Origin: a virus | Taxonomy: Duplodnaviria; Caudoviricetes | DNA length: 38,382 nucleotides | Strand: one strand, 5' to 3' | IMG/VR virus record: IMGVR_UViG_3300043414_000151 | Coordinates: 1-38,382 of that record | In this document: positions 36,801 to 38,382 of the stretch, one piece after another | How positions within the stretch are numbered: position 1 is the stretch's first letter | Layout: each line of letters begins with the position of its first letter | Notes under the pieces: model-generated | Databases searched by the model: none | What the model was told of the DNA's origin: nothing | What the model saw: the letters and a program-made list of their open reading frames with translations, nothing else | Made by a program: the position numbers and the translations under genes

Positions 36801-38382
36801 CATCAACTCAACCAAAGATGCCGTGAAGAACGGATCAATGACGCAAGATCAGGCAGACGCCTTGGCTGAGTCAGCGTCCACAAAAGCTTTGGGCCTTGCA
36901 TCGTCTGTCACTGGTGGCCTTTTATTGGTTCCCGGTGGAAACGCATTGACCAAACAGATCTTCAGGGATTCTGGAGCAAACGATGCTGTCAGTGGCGCAT
37001 TCAAGACCGTCATAAAAACCACGGGCAAAGAAGCCGTCTCAGAAGTCGTGGAAGCTTCGACGATTGAGGGCATAACCCAAAAACTGATAAACCCAGATGG
37101 CAGTTTTAATTGGAAAGCAATTGCCAACCAAGGGGCCATGGATGCCTTGATAGGCGGAAAAACAGCCGGGGTAATTTCTGCCGCTGATGTAGGTGTTGAT
37201 GCACTGTCACATCGTCTTTCAGACAATGGAGTGACTCAGGCCGACATTGATGCCATGCAAAACGGCATCAAAAATTCTGTAAAAGGTGGCGGCACAAGCA
37301 TCACTGCAAGCAAGAATCAAATTGCTGATCAATTGCAAGATTTTGGATATACGCCAGACATGGCAAATCGTGTCGCCAGCCAATATGCTGACAGCGTTGC
37401 AAACAATTCCATTTCATCATTCTTGGAGACAACTGGTGTTGATGCAAGCAAGATCCAAGATCTTACGGGTCAGATTTACACCAGTCTGCAAAACAGTCCC
37501 AATGTCGGATCATCTGCCGCATCAATTCAATCAATTCTGACCAACGCTGGCGTTGATAGCACATTGGCAAATTCAAGTGTTGGCTCTTTCCTTGGGACAA
37601 CGACCACTGGCACAACGGGTACGACAGGTACTACGGGAACAACTGGAACAACTGGAACCACGGGTACTACCGGGACAACGGGCACTACTGGAACTACTGG
37701 AACTACTGGAACTACTGGAACTACTGGTACGACAGGAACCGCCGGGACTACGGGTACTACAGGAACAACTGGTACAACCGGGACTACCGGGACTACCGGG
37801 ACTACCGGGACAACAGGAACAACAGGAACGACAGGAACGACAGGAACGACAGGAACGACAGGCACTACTGGAACTACTGGAACTACTGGCACAACTGGGA
37901 CGACTGGGACGACTGGAACCACAGGTACTACTGGAACCACCGGGACAACCACCGCCACTCCATCGCTGACCAAAACAGATATTGAATCCATCGTCAATAC
38001 GGCGATAAAAAACAACCCATCGCTGACGACTGAGCAGGTTACAAAAATTGTTGGTGATGCAATTGGTGCATTGCCAGTGGCCCCGACTTTAAAAGACATC
38101 AACACGGCCATCTCCAGTGCTCTTACAGCCGCCAAAGATGCTCAAGCCATCAAAGATGCCGAGGCGGAGAAAAAGAGACTGGCGGATGAGGCTGATGCCA
38201 CTCGTCAGGCAAGTGTCAACAAAACCATTGCCGACCAAAATGCTGGCAGACAAACCCAACTTAGCAGGGGTTTGGCTGGCCTTGATTCCTCCGCTCCTTC
38301 GGGTATTGGCGGTGTCATCGCTCCTCTGGTTCCGTCCTTGCTCACCTCCAAAGAGATGAAGCCGCAGTTCCAGGGGGCGCTG
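33856..38382 (+). CDS. very large (>1509 aa) protein, 3'-truncated; putative internal virion/ejection protein
   Basis: The ATG at 33856 overlaps the TGA of the previous gene. I saw no stop in this frame to the window end ([10 protein letters not shown]...KPQFQGAL), which explains its absence from the ORF track. Gly/Ala-rich amphipathic segments. Confidence 0.75.
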   Translation, partial: MATPEELAAQSAKNLNVGFTPNTGGDPQITRSDLVGGKVLTGADGNDYYFAPREYVNRGFLHNIDGNPYQMYNSRFLDGNVFKNAQQFTSPEGVPGFVWKKQDAINLQLTNADGDSRVGGYYITGDEPAIIGIGNPNATRDDHLGLMAYVTVPRKVSDQMVYQDYITNDGSSNGLHWDGNRGYEYILKGWVPDMLRKSLPTVNAIMPIVMEVLAPGTGAGATYATWSAGTAATLEALRTGNVEKGVVDLAKIYAVGQVADLVNYGVSAYMPTLELGKVATAILGGAGTNAIVQGLYGKDVGKAFIDGGIAAGIGSVAGSISGFSQLPVPIQRVFAAAVTTSLQGKSQKDMDAATLQAAITAGLGAIANGLEANSKIQKELGREATPEELNKFIWYTNRDAAFNNKVYDYMGGVKKDFSLQNGFDTYTLDGVDYKIPTKDLDAFAQTQDWNSWADKQNAASMNITDPRLYLDAKAQKEGWGSDAEKAAATLGGFTSPGEYTSATTLGLDNKAEYQDYQNKAAIYKEITGKDATINDVRDFIRNIPTTADSKEVMRELISGKKPEDIDKKYDYNGDGVVDMTDAIEMLKAEKGMSTVTPNPNTIWGQIKATDEQFRTKVSDKTEEEKVIAMLQDRGISPNAERVAAIMKDWDFNPSTPSIGFSEAFDKSDKLSIANSRADSVQEAAALAKSLGYSSFNYGGSEYKINTNAPQTNPYDFFADKNEAMKAARADLGPGQVFSWTDPTTGVTKQYNTYNAQEQSAVDQKRIDMMPAYSDLSANTRTGRPAGAENLFVGKNDGKVYEDTRVFDQNGNVVSGSLSVADRSKTAEVAGALMLDATSQLGDAFLGVAKAVGLVDRGGKVDSAMKDYVAFADSKVPAEVKAQSAEFAANMKSIMDDPNKNWTDAVAAVGKSPFKQPLMVAFSLASEIAQEAPMLGAAGLTKWAAKAFQAAPAIASKFGVGVDVVLNMMESGGAAANDAYTRSINSTKDAVKNGSMTQDQADALAESASTKALGLASSVTGGLLLVPGGNALTKQIFRDSGANDAVSGAFKTVIKTTGKEAVSEVVEASTIEGITQKLINPDGSFNWKAIANQGAMDALIGGKTAGVISAADVGVDALSHRLSDNGVTQADIDAMQNGIKNSVKGGGTSITASKNQIADQLQDFGYTPDMANRVASQYADSVANNSISSFLETTGVDASKIQDLTGQIYTSLQNSPNVGSSAASIQSILTNAGVDSTLANSSVGSFLGTTTTGTTGTTGTTGTTGTTGTTGTTGTTGTTGTTGTTGTTGTTGTTGTAGTTGTTGTTGTTGTTGTTGTTGTTGTTGTTGTTGTTGTTGTTGTTGTTGTTGTTGTTGTTGTTGTTGTTTATPSLTKTDIESIVNTAIKNNPSLTTEQVTKIVGDAIGALPVAPTLKDINTAISSALTAAKDAQAIKDAEAEKKRLADEADATRQASVNKTIADQNAGRQTQLSRGLAGLDSSAPSGIGGVIAPLVPSLLTSKEMKPQFQGAL
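37603..37944 (+). repeat. 38 x 9-nt coding repeat (ACN ACN GGN) encoding (Thr-Thr-Gly)38 with one Thr-Ala-Gly
   Basis: Read codon by codon in frame with 33856; third codon positions vary. Confidence 0.95.

Noticed and set aside
37603-37944. Possible CRISPR array or origin iterons
   Set aside because: The unit is 9 nt with no spacers and shows synonymous-type variation, so it is a coding repeat.
37527-38135. (VVP)n minus-strand ORF and the LLE/QER-repeat ORF at 37553-37969
   Set aside because: They are alternative readings of the Thr-Thr-Gly repeat. Variation falls at third positions of the 33856 frame, which identifies that frame as coding.
1-38382. tRNA/rRNA genes, integrase/att sites, tape measure, sheath, alternative genetic code
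   Set aside because: None recognised. Intergenic gaps are too short for RNA genes, and genes read through intact under the standard code.

Overview
This window is a contiguous, all-plus-strand segment of a tailed dsDNA phage (Caudoviricetes). The gene set suggests a podovirus: P22/Sf6-like TerS, TerL, a large portal, adaptor and nozzle-type tail genes, and no tape measure or sheath gene. Gene order: an array of tiny ATGA-coupled accessory genes (1-1353); terS-terL; two large modular proteins inserted between terL and portal; portal; GroES; scaffold; decoration protein; major capsid protein; Lys/Gly-rich and other virion proteins; two tail fibres (the second with an S74 chaperone); a lysis cassette; tail adaptor and nozzle genes; and a >1500-aa protein running off the right end. 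Two free-standing homing endonucleases are inserted. The main unexplained signals are: (1) a 60-aa accessory gene that is an ungapped, 43%-identical copy of one 35-residue segment of the phage's own capsid protein, possibly a decoy; (2) a recurrent [FYML]-[AK]-x-G-G motif punctuating several unrelated head-region proteins; (3) two endonucleases that each appear to have captured one end of their host gene and supplied a recoded replacement; (4) two compact H-type pseudoknots directly upstream of ~50-aa ORFs; (5) a lysis-region gene with no canonical start codon; (6) a 38x Thr-Thr-Gly collagen-like tract. All family assignments come from motif recognition by eye; no database search was run.
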